From Candidatus Eiseniibacteriota bacterium (GTDB lineage: Bacteria > Desulfobacterota > Binatia > DP-6): a stretch of 64,000 bases of DNA. The notes beneath the pieces were generated by a model. That model ran no database searches. It was not told the origin of the DNA and saw only the letters and a list, made by a program, of their open reading frames with translations. Both the position numbers and the translations under genes were made by a program. This document shows positions 54,232-62,192 of the stretch, one piece after another; position 1 is the first letter of the stretch, and each line of letters begins with the position of its first letter. Location: positions 569-64,568 of the forward strand of contig DATJZY010000014.1 in assembly GCA_035577985.1 (NCBI GenBank), written 5' to 3'.

Positions 54232-55611
54232 TCAACGAACGACCACGGTCTTTACGTTGACAAACTCCCGTATGCCGTATTCCGACAGCTCGCGTCCATA
54301 CCCGGACGCCTTGATGCCTCCGAACGGCAGGCGCGGATCGGAGCGGACCTGTCCGTTCACGAACACGCTCCCCACCTCGAGCGCCGCGGCGAGGCGATCG
54401 GCGCGCGGGGGGTCGCGCGTCCAGACGGACGCGGCGAGGCCGTACGGCGACCGGTTCGCGAGGCGCACCGCCTCGGCCTCGTCCCGTACCCGCACGACGG
54501 CGGCGACGGGCCCGAACGTCTCCTCGTCGAATGCCGGCTGGCCCGGCGCGACGCCCGCGAGGACGGTCGGCGGGTAGAACGCGCCGGGTCCATCCGGAAT
54601 GCTGCCGCCCAGCAGCGCGCGCGCGCCGAGCGCGAGTGACGAGGCGACCTGCCGGTGGAGCTCGTCGCGCAGGTCCTTGCGCGCGAGCGGACCCACGGTG
54701 GTCGCGCGATCGAGCGGATTGCCGACGCGCGCGCCGCGCATGTGCTCCACGAAGCGCGCGACGAACCCGTCCGCCACCGCCTCGACCACGATGAACCGCT
54801 TGGCAGCGATGCAGCTCTGGCCCGCGTTCACGAGCCGCGCCTCGGCCGCCACGCGTGCGGCGGCGTCGAGGTCGGCGTCGTCGAGGACGAGGAAGGCGTC
54901 GCTGCCGCCCAGCTCGAGGACGCTCTTCTTGAGCGCACGACCCGCGGCGGCCGCCACGGCGCGTCCGGCGCCGGTGCTTCCCGTGAGCGTGACGGCGTGG
55001 ATGCGATCGTCCGCGATCACGTCGTCCAGTCGCGACGGCTCCAGCAGGACGACCTCGAACGCGCCCGCCGGCAGTCCCGCCGCCTCCAGCGCCGCACCCA
55101 TCTCGAGCGCGCAGCGCGAGACGTTGGCGGCGTGCTTCAGCACCATCGTGTTGCCCGCCATGAGGGTCGGCGCCGCGCACCGAAAGACCTGCCAGAACGG
55201 ATAGTTCCACGGCATCACCGCGAGCACCGTGCCGAGCGGGTCGAAGCGGACGTAGCTGCGCGGCGCATCGCTCGGCCGTGGCTGCGCCGCGAGCATGCCC
55301 GCGGCCTCGGCGGCGAAGTACTCGCAGGCCCACGCGCACTTCTCGATCTCCGCCTCGCCCTGCGCGACCGGCTTTCCCATCTCGCGCGCCATCGTGCGGG
55401 CGTACGCCCCCGCCCGCTCGCGCAGCACCCGCGCCGCCGCCGCAAGACACGCGCCGCGCGCTTCGAAGGACATTTCGCCCCACGCGGCGCGCGCACGCCC
55501 GGCGCGCGCGAGCGCGTCGCCGACCTGCTGCCGCGTGGTCTCGGCGAACGTCTCGATCGTCTCACCGCTCACCGGGTCGACGGACGCGAACACACCGTCA
55601 GCGTGCCTCAC
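54232..55611 (-). CDS. NAD(P)-dependent aldehyde dehydrogenase (succinate-semialdehyde dehydrogenase-like)
   Basis: PWNYPFWQV, LELGGSDAF, NAGQSCIAAKRF, EETFGPV. The start is uncertain (GTG 55611 or GTG 55593). The listed ATG 55710 lies inside a 24-bp inverted repeat. Confidence 0.85.
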   Translation of the reverse strand: MRHADGVFASVDPVSGETIETFAETTRQQVGDALARAGRARAAWGEMSFEARGACLAAAARVLRERAGAYARTMAREMGKPVAQGEAEIEKCAWACEYFAAEAAGMLAAQPRPSDAPRSYVRFDPLGTVLAVMPWNYPFWQVFRCAAPTLMAGNTMVLKHAANVSRCALEMGAALEAAGLPAGAFEVVLLEPSRLDDVIADDRIHAVTLTGSTGAGRAVAAAAGRALKKSVLELGGSDAFLVLDDADLDAAARVAAEARLVNAGQSCIAAKRFIVVEAVADGFVARFVEHMRGARVGNPLDRATTVGPLARKDLRDELHRQVASSLALGARALLGGSIPDGPGAFYPPTVLAGVAPGQPAFDEETFGPVAAVVRVRDEAEAVRLANRSPYGLAASVWTRDPPRADRLAAALEVGSVFVNGQVRSDPRLPFGGIKASGYGRELSEYGIREFVNVKTVVVR

Positions 55612-55629
55612 CCTCCGCCTTCGGTCCAG

Positions 55630-55714
55630 CACGATGGTGCGTTCGGCAACCGGGGGGCCGCGCAGCACGGCCCGCGCACAACCGCGCCCGCCGGTTGCCG
55701 AACGCACCATCGTG
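55630..55714. repeat. Perfect 24-bp inverted repeat with a 37-nt spacer, in a divergent intergenic region
   Basis: cacgatggtgcgttcggcaaccgg (55630..55653) pairs with ccggttgccgaacgcaccatcgtg (55691..55714). The spacer contains its own gggccg/cggccc hairpin. Confidence 0.85.
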
Positions 55715-55730
55715 ATGTACCCCGCACCCG

Positions 55731-56228
55731 ATGCCGCACCTTCTTCGCCGGACGCTGCTCACGCTCGCCGTCGCAGGGTACCTCGCCGCGTGCGGAGGAT
55801 CGGAGCCCTTGCCCGGACCGCCGGCAAAGAAGCCGCCGTCCAAGGAAGCGCAGGAGCTGGCGACCTACACCGGGACGACGATCCCCGCGCCGAAGGAGCC
55901 GTCGGTCAAGGTCGTCGGCATCGACATCGGCTCGGCGATCGGACCGGACAAGAACATCACCACCAAGACGACCACCTTCGCACCGATGGACACCGTCCAC
56001 GTCGCCGTGCGCACCGAGGGCACCGCCGAGTTCGTGAACTTCCAGGCGCGCTGGCACGATCCCGCGAACTCCGTGATCCTGATCGCCAACCAGAGCACCA
56101 AGACCACGGGCCCGGCGGCGACCGAGTTCCACTACTCGACCCTGCAGGGTCTCGCGCCCGGTACGTGGACCGTCGAGATCCTGGTCGACAGCATCCCCGT
56201 GGGCACGACGACGTTCGAGGTCAAGTGA
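55731..56228 (+). CDS. Hypothetical lipoprotein
   Basis: MPHLLRRTLLTLAVAGYLAACGGS (lipobox), followed by a beta-rich domain. Confidence 0.75.
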   Translation: MPHLLRRTLLTLAVAGYLAACGGSEPLPGPPAKKPPSKEAQELATYTGTTIPAPKEPSVKVVGIDIGSAIGPDKNITTKTTTFAPMDTVHVAVRTEGTAEFVNFQARWHDPANSVILIANQSTKTTGPAATEFHYSTLQGLAPGTWTVEILVDSIPVGTTTFEVK

Positions 56229-57019
56229 CGGCGGACGGGACCCACGTCGAGCTCTCGGACCTGAACCACGTCGAGTCGTACCGCGAGCTGTCGCGACGCG
56301 CGGGCGGGATCGTGCTCGACGAGCCCGGCCTCACCTACTGGATCGGCGGCGACGCGCTCCCCGTGCTGGCCAACGGCGTCGCCCGCACCGATCGATCGGT
56401 GACGCCGGCCGCGGTGCTCGAACGGGCGCGACGGTTCTTCGCGACCCATCGGCGCGGCTTCACGATCCTGCTCCACGGCGAGCGCGACGCCGACCTGCGC
56501 GCCGCCTGCGAGGCCGCGGGCATGATGCAGATGGGCGACAGCCCCGGCATGGTGCTCGAGCGCCGGCTCGCCGACGCCGTAGCGCCGCCCGGCGTCGCGC
56601 TGCGCCGCGTGGAGACGGCCGACGACGCGCTCGCCTTCGCGCGCGTCAACGGCGAGGCCTACGCGACCTACGGCATGCCGCCGGGCTGTGCCGAGAAGCT
56701 GCTCGGGCAGCTGGGCGTCGTGCGGGCACCGCACATCGTGTCGATCCTCGGCTGCGTGGACGGCGTTCCGGCATCGGCCGCCATGGTCATCCTCACGCAC
56801 GGGATCGGCGGCGTGTACTGGGTCGGCACCACGCCCGCCGCGCGCGGCAAGGGGCTCGCCGAGCTGTGCACGCGCGCCGTCGGCAACGTCGCCTTCGACA
56901 TGGGCGCCCGCTTCGTCGCGCTGCAGGCCTCGGTCATGGGCGAGCCGATCTACCGGCGCATGGGCTACGTCGAGGTGACGCGCTACCCCTACTTCGTCCA
57001 GTTCGCGCCGCCCAAGTAG
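56225..57019 (+). CDS. GNAT family N-acetyltransferase
   Basis: GTG 56225 overlaps the upstream stop as GTGA. WVGTTPAARGKGLAELCTRA is an acetyl-CoA-binding-type motif. Confidence 0.7.
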   Translation: MTADGTHVELSDLNHVESYRELSRRAGGIVLDEPGLTYWIGGDALPVLANGVARTDRSVTPAAVLERARRFFATHRRGFTILLHGERDADLRAACEAAGMMQMGDSPGMVLERRLADAVAPPGVALRRVETADDALAFARVNGEAYATYGMPPGCAEKLLGQLGVVRAPHIVSILGCVDGVPASAAMVILTHGIGGVYWVGTTPAARGKGLAELCTRAVGNVAFDMGARFVALQASVMGEPIYRRMGYVEVTRYPYFVQFAPPK

Positions 57020-57020
57020 T

Positions 57021-57047
57021 CCGCCCCAAGACTACGTCTTGGGGCGG
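57021..57047. repeat. GC-rich palindrome, REP-like family member e
   Basis: ccgccccaagac-tac-gtcttggggcgg, 2 nt after stop 57019. Confidence 0.7.
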
Positions 57048-57107
57048 GGGCGAGTATGGGGTGCGGGTGGCACGCTGGTCGCGCGTAGTTCGAACGTCCG
57101 GGTGCTC

Positions 57108-57134
57108 CCGAGCCAAGACGGAGTCCTGGCTCGG
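57108..57134. repeat. GC-rich palindrome, REP-like family member f
   Basis: ccgagccaagac-gga-gtcctggctcgg with one mismatch, 5 nt from stop 57139. Confidence 0.65.
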
Positions 57135-57138
57135 CGTG

Positions 57139-58548
57139 CTATCGGAGCGGGGTCGACTTCCAGAAGTAGTTCGGGGTGCCGCCGGCTTCGTGGATCTTGC
57201 GGAAGGTGAGCTCGACCGGCATGGCGAGCTTCACCTCCTTCGGATCGACGTCGGTCATCTGTAGGTAGAGGCGTGCGCCCTCCACCTCCACGATGCCGGC
57301 CACCAGCGGCGGGGTCGGACTGCCCGCGAAGTTGTCGAAGGTGAACGAGCGCACGGCGCCGACCTTGTCCGACAGGCGCACCTTGTCGAATTCGTCCTTC
57401 GCGAAGCACGAGAAGCACACGCGCTGGCGCGGGAACTGCGCCTGGCCGCAGCGCCGGCACTTCTGCGCGATGAGCGTCAGGTCCTCGTCGCGATCGCGGA
57501 AGTGCTTGGTCGCCGAGAGACCGGCGCCCGCGCGGCGGTCGTGCTCGGTGGCGATGAACTGCCGGAAGCGGAGGTAGGTGTCGTAGCTCTTCATCTCGGC
57601 GCGGCGGGCCAGATGCCAGGCGATGCCGCGCCGCCCCTCGAGCCGCTCGACGAGCGGCGTCGTCTCGAGCAGCAGCGCGTCCGCACCGTCGCCGTAGGCG
57701 ACGACGAGGAGCTTGTGCCCCGCCTTGGCCTGCTCGAGCGCGCCGGCGAGGAGCAGCGGCGCCAGCGCCGCCCCGGCGCTGCCGACCTTCCCGAACAGAG
57801 CGTCCTGCACCTGAGCCTGCGGGTCGAGCCCCAGCTCGCGCACGACCGTCGCGTGGGCGCGTGCGTCCGGACCGTAGACGGCGGCTTTGGTGACGTCCTT
57901 GGGTCCGATGCCGGCCTTCGCGAGGAGCCCCTTCACCACCTCGCGCACGTTGTGCCGATAGCCGTGATCGACGACGAAGCGGTCTTCCCAGGCGTGCACG
58001 AAGGGATCGCCCTCGGTCCGCCACACGTCGATGATCTCGTCGGCGACCGAGTGCGCGACGCGGATCTCCGCCGCGACCTCGGTGTCGCCGAGCAGGAACG
58101 CCGCCGCCGCGTCGCCGAGATTGCTTTCGGGTGCGCTGCGCGGCGCGGCCATGCGCGTGTCCGATACGACGACGAGGACGCGCTTGGCCGACCCGGCCTG
58201 GATGGCGTCGAGCCCGGCGCGGAGCGCGTTCGTCCCGGCGCGCAGGGAATCGCCGAGGTCGGCGGTGTAGACGTCGCGACGCAGGTCGAGCGCCTTTGCG
58301 ACGATCGCCGCACCCTGTTTCTCCTTGAACGGATAGGTCGTCGACGCGAACAGCACCGCGTCGACCGAGGCGCGATCGACGCCGCGCAGGCAGTCGATGG
58401 CCGCCGCGACGCCCATCGTGATGCTGTCCTCGTCCCAGCCGGCGACGGCCTTCTCGGGGCCGCCCGGCTTCGGCGCGCCGCCACCGATTGCGGCGAGCGG
58501 GAGGCGCAGGCGGGGAATGTAGGCACCGTACGACGTGATTCCGGGCAT
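57139..58548 (-). CDS. Fusion of an HMG-CoA-synthase/FabH-like condensing-enzyme fold with a DUF35 zinc-ribbon/OB-fold domain
   Basis: N-terminal part: ITSYGAYIPRLRL ... KRVLVVVSD ... VVAYGDG. C-terminal part: CRRCGQAQFPRQRVCFSCF, then an OB fold. Confidence 0.8.
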   Translation of the reverse strand: MPGITSYGAYIPRLRLPLAAIGGGAPKPGGPEKAVAGWDEDSITMGVAAAIDCLRGVDRASVDAVLFASTTYPFKEKQGAAIVAKALDLRRDVYTADLGDSLRAGTNALRAGLDAIQAGSAKRVLVVVSDTRMAAPRSAPESNLGDAAAAFLLGDTEVAAEIRVAHSVADEIIDVWRTEGDPFVHAWEDRFVVDHGYRHNVREVVKGLLAKAGIGPKDVTKAAVYGPDARAHATVVRELGLDPQAQVQDALFGKVGSAGAALAPLLLAGALEQAKAGHKLLVVAYGDGADALLLETTPLVERLEGRRGIAWHLARRAEMKSYDTYLRFRQFIATEHDRRAGAGLSATKHFRDRDEDLTLIAQKCRRCGQAQFPRQRVCFSCFAKDEFDKVRLSDKVGAVRSFTFDNFAGSPTPPLVAGIVEVEGARLYLQMTDVDPKEVKLAMPVELTFRKIHEAGGTPNYFWKSTPLR

Positions 58549-58554
58549 CGGGCG

Positions 58555-58583
58555 AAGCTACGATCCGGCCCGCGAAACTGCAA
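58555..58583 (-). promoter_or_regulatory. Candidate sigma-70 promoter, copy 2 of a conserved pair
   Basis: TTGCAG-N17-TAGCTT, then 6 nt to ATG 58548. It shares the identical 13-mer GCGGCTTGCAGTT and 15-mer TCGTAGCTTCGCCCG with 52664..52703. Confidence 0.5.
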
Positions 58584-58600
58584 GCCGCGATCGCGGCCGG

Positions 58601-58630
58601 TTGACGCCGTCGACGGCGCGGCCGTACAAG
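58601..58630 (+). promoter_or_regulatory. Candidate sigma-70 promoter for the NTF2-like gene
   Basis: TTGACG-N18-TACAAG, then 10 nt to ATG 58641. Confidence 0.3.
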
Positions 58631-58640
58631 CGGCGCCGCG

Positions 58641-59075
58641 ATGTCGTCCGAGCCGAGCGCCCTTGCCGATCGCCTCGCCATCGACGACCAGATCACGCGC
58701 TACTGCCGGGCGATCGACACCGGCGATTGGGATCTCCTCGACACCATCTTCACGCCCGACGCCGTGCTCGACTACGTGTCGAGCGGCGGGATGCGCGGCG
58801 CGTTCCCCGAGGTGAAGGCGTGGCTGGCGGGCGTGCTCCCCTTCTTCGCCATGCGCCAGCACATCGTGACCAACCGCGAGATAACGGTGACCGGCGACAC
58901 CGCGACCAGCCGGTCCTCGCTCTACAACCCGATGGGCCGCACGCGCGCCGACGGCGGGCTCGACCTCTTCTTCACGGGCGCCACGTACCACGACCGGTGG
59001 CGGCGCACCGCCGGCGGCTGGCGCATCACCGAGCGCACGCTCGTGGAGCACTGGCGCATGAGCGCCCCGCAGTGA
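58641..59075 (+). CDS. Nuclear transport factor 2 (SnoaL-like) family protein
   Basis: LAIDDQITRYCRAIDTGDWDLLDTIFTPDAVLDY ... GGWRITER. Confidence 0.8.
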   Translation: MSSEPSALADRLAIDDQITRYCRAIDTGDWDLLDTIFTPDAVLDYVSSGGMRGAFPEVKAWLAGVLPFFAMRQHIVTNREITVTGDTATSRSSLYNPMGRTRADGGLDLFFTGATYHDRWRRTAGGWRITERTLVEHWRMSAPQ

Positions 59076-59102
59076 GGAGGCGGCATCCGAGCAGCGAGCC
59101 GC

Positions 59103-59948
59103 TCACGTCGTGAGCCGGAACAGCTCGCGCGGCTCGCCCAGCCCCTTCAGCTCGTGGACGCCGGCAGACTCGAACGCGAGCCCGGCGCCGGTGAGCAGCA
59201 GCTTGGTGGTGGCGGAGACGAGCACGTCGCCCGCCTGTCCGATGCCCGCCACCCGCACGGCTTCGTAAACGGTGAGCCCTCGAGCCTGATTGGAGACGAA
59301 CTCGACCTCGCCCGTGTGAACGCCGGCGCGAATCGCGATGCCGAGCCCGGCGACTGCGCGTCCCATGGTCTCGGCACATCGGACGGCGCGTGCCGCTCCG
59401 TCGAAGACGGCGAGGAAGCCGTCGCCTGTGGTGGCGAACTCGCGACCGCGGAACGCGTTGAGCTGCAGGCGGAGCCGCTGGTTGTGCTGGAGCAGCAGCT
59501 CGCGCCATGCCGTGTCGCCGAGGCGCCGGAGGTGCGCCGTGGAGTCGACGATGTCCGTGCAAAGCACGGTCGCGAGAACGCGATCACCGTCGGCCGGCAC
59601 GCCGTAGATGTGGGCGCTCGCGAACTCGATGGCGACGAACGGCTCGTCGCCGACCACCCAGGCGTCGTGTCCGGGCGGCAGGTCGTACACGTCGTCCACG
59701 CCGACTTCGCCGACGACGCCGTCGTCGGTCTCGACGTGCAGCCGACCCGACAGGACGACGCCCTGATGATGCATCTGGCACGACTGCGTGCCCGCGATCG
59801 GGCCGACGTCGCGCGACCAGCGCCAGCCCGGCTCGAGGACGAACCGACCGACGGTGACCTCCTGGTGGGTGACGGTCTCGATGCGCCCGTTGGGGAACCG
59901 TCGAACCTCCTGCGGATTGCGGAAGCTGCGGACTCGGGGGCGCGTCAT
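59103..59948 (-). CDS. Cupin domain plus class III adenylate/guanylate cyclase
   Basis: VLCTDIVDSTAHLRRLGD ... TTGDGFLAVFDGAARAV ... IRAGVHTGEVE. Trimmed to the internal ATG (MTRPRVRSF). Confidence 0.85.
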   Translation of the reverse strand: MTRPRVRSFRNPQEVRRFPNGRIETVTHQEVTVGRFVLEPGWRWSRDVGPIAGTQSCQMHHQGVVLSGRLHVETDDGVVGEVGVDDVYDLPPGHDAWVVGDEPFVAIEFASAHIYGVPADGDRVLATVLCTDIVDSTAHLRRLGDTAWRELLLQHNQRLRLQLNAFRGREFATTGDGFLAVFDGAARAVRCAETMGRAVAGLGIAIRAGVHTGEVEFVSNQARGLTVYEAVRVAGIGQAGDVLVSATTKLLLTGAGLAFESAGVHELKGLGEPRELFRLTT

Positions 59949-60050
59949 ACGCCTGGACGGAAGGGTATGCGATGGCGTCGCCGGGCTCAAGCTTTCGGGG
60001 GGGCGGCGGTCCGATCCACACCATTCGGCGATATCGCCGCTGCAGGAGCG

Positions 60051-62192
60051 CTACTTGCAGCGGACCGTCGAGCCCGACGTCCTGCAGCGCAGCGCCCGCT
60101 GCGCGCACACGTCGCCGCTCTCGAGCCCCAGCGCGAGGCGTTTCTGGCCGACGGTGCCGGCGGGGAGGCCCGCGAGCGCGAGCGCGACCTTGAACCCGCG
60201 CTTTCCCGCCGGCGTCAGCGCGAGCGAGCGCACGATGCTCTCGTCGGCGCCTGCATAGCTGATCGTCGTGCCGTCGGTGACGAGGCCCGTGAGCGCCTCG
60301 TCGACGGCGAGCGTGGCGGCGCCGGCGACCCCGAGCGTCACCTGCGCGCCTTCGCGCACCGGGTCGATGCTCGTCTTGCGCGGGAGCTTGAGCGTCCCGG
60401 TGAGAGCCAGCGTGCCGTCCGTGGCGCCGGTCGCGCGGAGCTTCGCGATCCCGCCCCGACAGGTGAGGAGGTTGTGGCGCTCGGCGATCACGAGACCGCC
60501 GTCGTAGTCCGTCCCGTCGCCGCGCGTGCCGTGCGGATTGCCGTTCGACGGCTGCGTCCACTTGCGCTGGTCGGCGAGCGGCTTGAATGCCCGGCGATAC
60601 CAGAGCTGCGTGTCGACTCGCAGGTCGCGCTTGGCCCAGTTCTTCGGAAGGGCGAAGCGATAGGTCGTCGTGTCGGTCGCACCGGCGGCGACGCGGTTGT
60701 CGAACTCGCCGACCGCCTCGGTGAAGAGCACGTTCTCGACCAGGTTCTCGTCCACGAGGACGCGCGCGTAGCCCTTGCCCGCGAGACCCGCGAAGTCGTG
60801 CTCGGCGGGATCGCCGACGCCGCCCCAGTTGGGGACGCGCGGCCCGCCGCCCTCCTGCGCGCTCCGCTGCTCGAGCGCCTCGCCGTCCTTCGTGGCGGGC
60901 GACACGACCAGGATGAGGTTCCGCAGCGTCACGCCCGTGGGCACGTCGTGCCCCGCGCCCGAGTTCGTGAGGTCGACGCGCACGACCAGGTCCTCGCCGT
61001 CGATGGTGGAGCGAGCGCGCAACGTGACGGCCTGGCGCAGGAACTCCGGCGTCGTGCCCGGGAACTCGTGCGAGCGCACCTGGCTCTGGTCGCGCGTGAA
61101 CGGAACCCGGTTGCAGAAGTGGTCCAGGCCGGCGAGCGGCATGTGGCAGTCCTGGCACTGCACGCCCTGCGCCGCGTACGGGCTCGCGGCCCATTCGCTG
61201 TACGTCGTCTGCGACGGCGGCCCGTCGTAGGTCTCGGTGAAGTCGTCGTTTGCGTCGCGCGGGTCGGCGTGGTCCTCGTGGCAGGCGGCGCAGAGCTTGG
61301 ACGAGTGGATCACCGCCCCGTACGCCGCCCGCATCTCGAGCCCGCCGTCGAAGGTGGCATCGTCGTAGGGTCCGAAGGCGAGACGCGGCTCGGCGGTCGA
61401 GCGCAGCATGGTCGTCTTCGCCGGCAGACCCAGGTCGCCGACCACCAGGTTCGGGCGCCGGATGCCGTCGGGCGAGACGTCGACGTCGACGATCTTGTGG
61501 CAGAACGCGCACGCGATGCCGTGCTTGTCGGCGCCGCTCGCGAGGTTGAAGCTCGTGTTGGTCGGATTGGTGCCGACGTACTCCGGCTGGTGGCAGTTCG
61601 CGCACTCGCCGCTGCGCGTCGGGTTCGCCGGATCGAGGTTGTGGCTCGTGACGAAGCCGAAGTACGGCGGGTTCGCCGGGTCGGGCGGCGGTCCCATCGC
61701 CATGCCGATGTCGGTGCCGTTGTAGAGGTTGTCGACCCAGCGGTTGCGATTGGTGAACGCCATGGTCGACCGCGACCACTGCTCGTAGATCTCCTCGTGG
61801 CAGGTCTTGCACTCCTCGGGGGCACGGAAGACGTGCGCCGGGTCGTCGTCGGTCGGGAGCGGGTCGAGCACGATGTCGAGCGCGCTCGCCCCCGGGGCGA
61901 CGCCGGCGCACTCGCTCCCCCCGTTCTTCCAGCAGCCGATGTAGTGCCCGTCGGCGGCGGCGGCCACGACGGCCGGGCCGGCCGGAACAGCCAGCGTGAA
62001 CACGCCGGCCGCGTCGGTGATCGCGGGTGCGCCGAGACAGGCCTGCACCCGTACGCGCGCGCCGGCGAGCGGACCGCCACCCATGGCCCGCACCGTGCCG
62101 GTGACCGTGCCCGCCGTCGTCGCGCACGGATCGGCTGCCAGGGCAGTGCGTGCGAGGATGGCAACGAGCAGGGTCGCGACGGCGGCCCGCAT
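60051..62192 (-). CDS. Secreted pentahaem c-type cytochrome with an N-terminal carboxypeptidase-regulatory-like domain
   Basis: C-terminal 713 codons of ORF 60051..63989, starting MRAAVATLLVAILARTALAA. Haem motifs: CKTCH, CANCH, CAFCH, CAACH, CQDCH. Its ATG overlaps the upstream stop as TGATG. Confidence 0.85.
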   Translation of the reverse strand: MRAAVATLLVAILARTALAADPCATTAGTVTGTVRAMGGGPLAGARVRVQACLGAPAITDAAGVFTLAVPAGPAVVAAAADGHYIGCWKNGGSECAGVAPGASALDIVLDPLPTDDDPAHVFRAPEECKTCHEEIYEQWSRSTMAFTNRNRWVDNLYNGTDIGMAMGPPPDPANPPYFGFVTSHNLDPANPTRSGECANCHQPEYVGTNPTNTSFNLASGADKHGIACAFCHKIVDVDVSPDGIRRPNLVVGDLGLPAKTTMLRSTAEPRLAFGPYDDATFDGGLEMRAAYGAVIHSSKLCAACHEDHADPRDANDDFTETYDGPPSQTTYSEWAASPYAAQGVQCQDCHMPLAGLDHFCNRVPFTRDQSQVRSHEFPGTTPEFLRQAVTLRARSTIDGEDLVVRVDLTNSGAGHDVPTGVTLRNLILVVSPATKDGEALEQRSAQEGGGPRVPNWGGVGDPAEHDFAGLAGKGYARVLVDENLVENVLFTEAVGEFDNRVAAGATDTTTYRFALPKNWAKRDLRVDTQLWYRRAFKPLADQRKWTQPSNGNPHGTRGDGTDYDGGLVIAERHNLLTCRGGIAKLRATGATDGTLALTGTLKLPRKTSIDPVREGAQVTLGVAGAATLAVDEALTGLVTDGTTISYAGADESIVRSLALTPAGKRGFKVALALAGLPAGTVGQKRLALGLESGDVCAQRALRCRTSGSTVRCK

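Noticed and set aside
57067-57082. TGGCAC-GCTGG-TCGC, a sigma-54-like match on the plus strand
   Set aside because: The -12 element reads TCGC rather than TTGC. It lies between two convergent gene ends inside the REP-pair region, and no downstream gene is available to transcribe.
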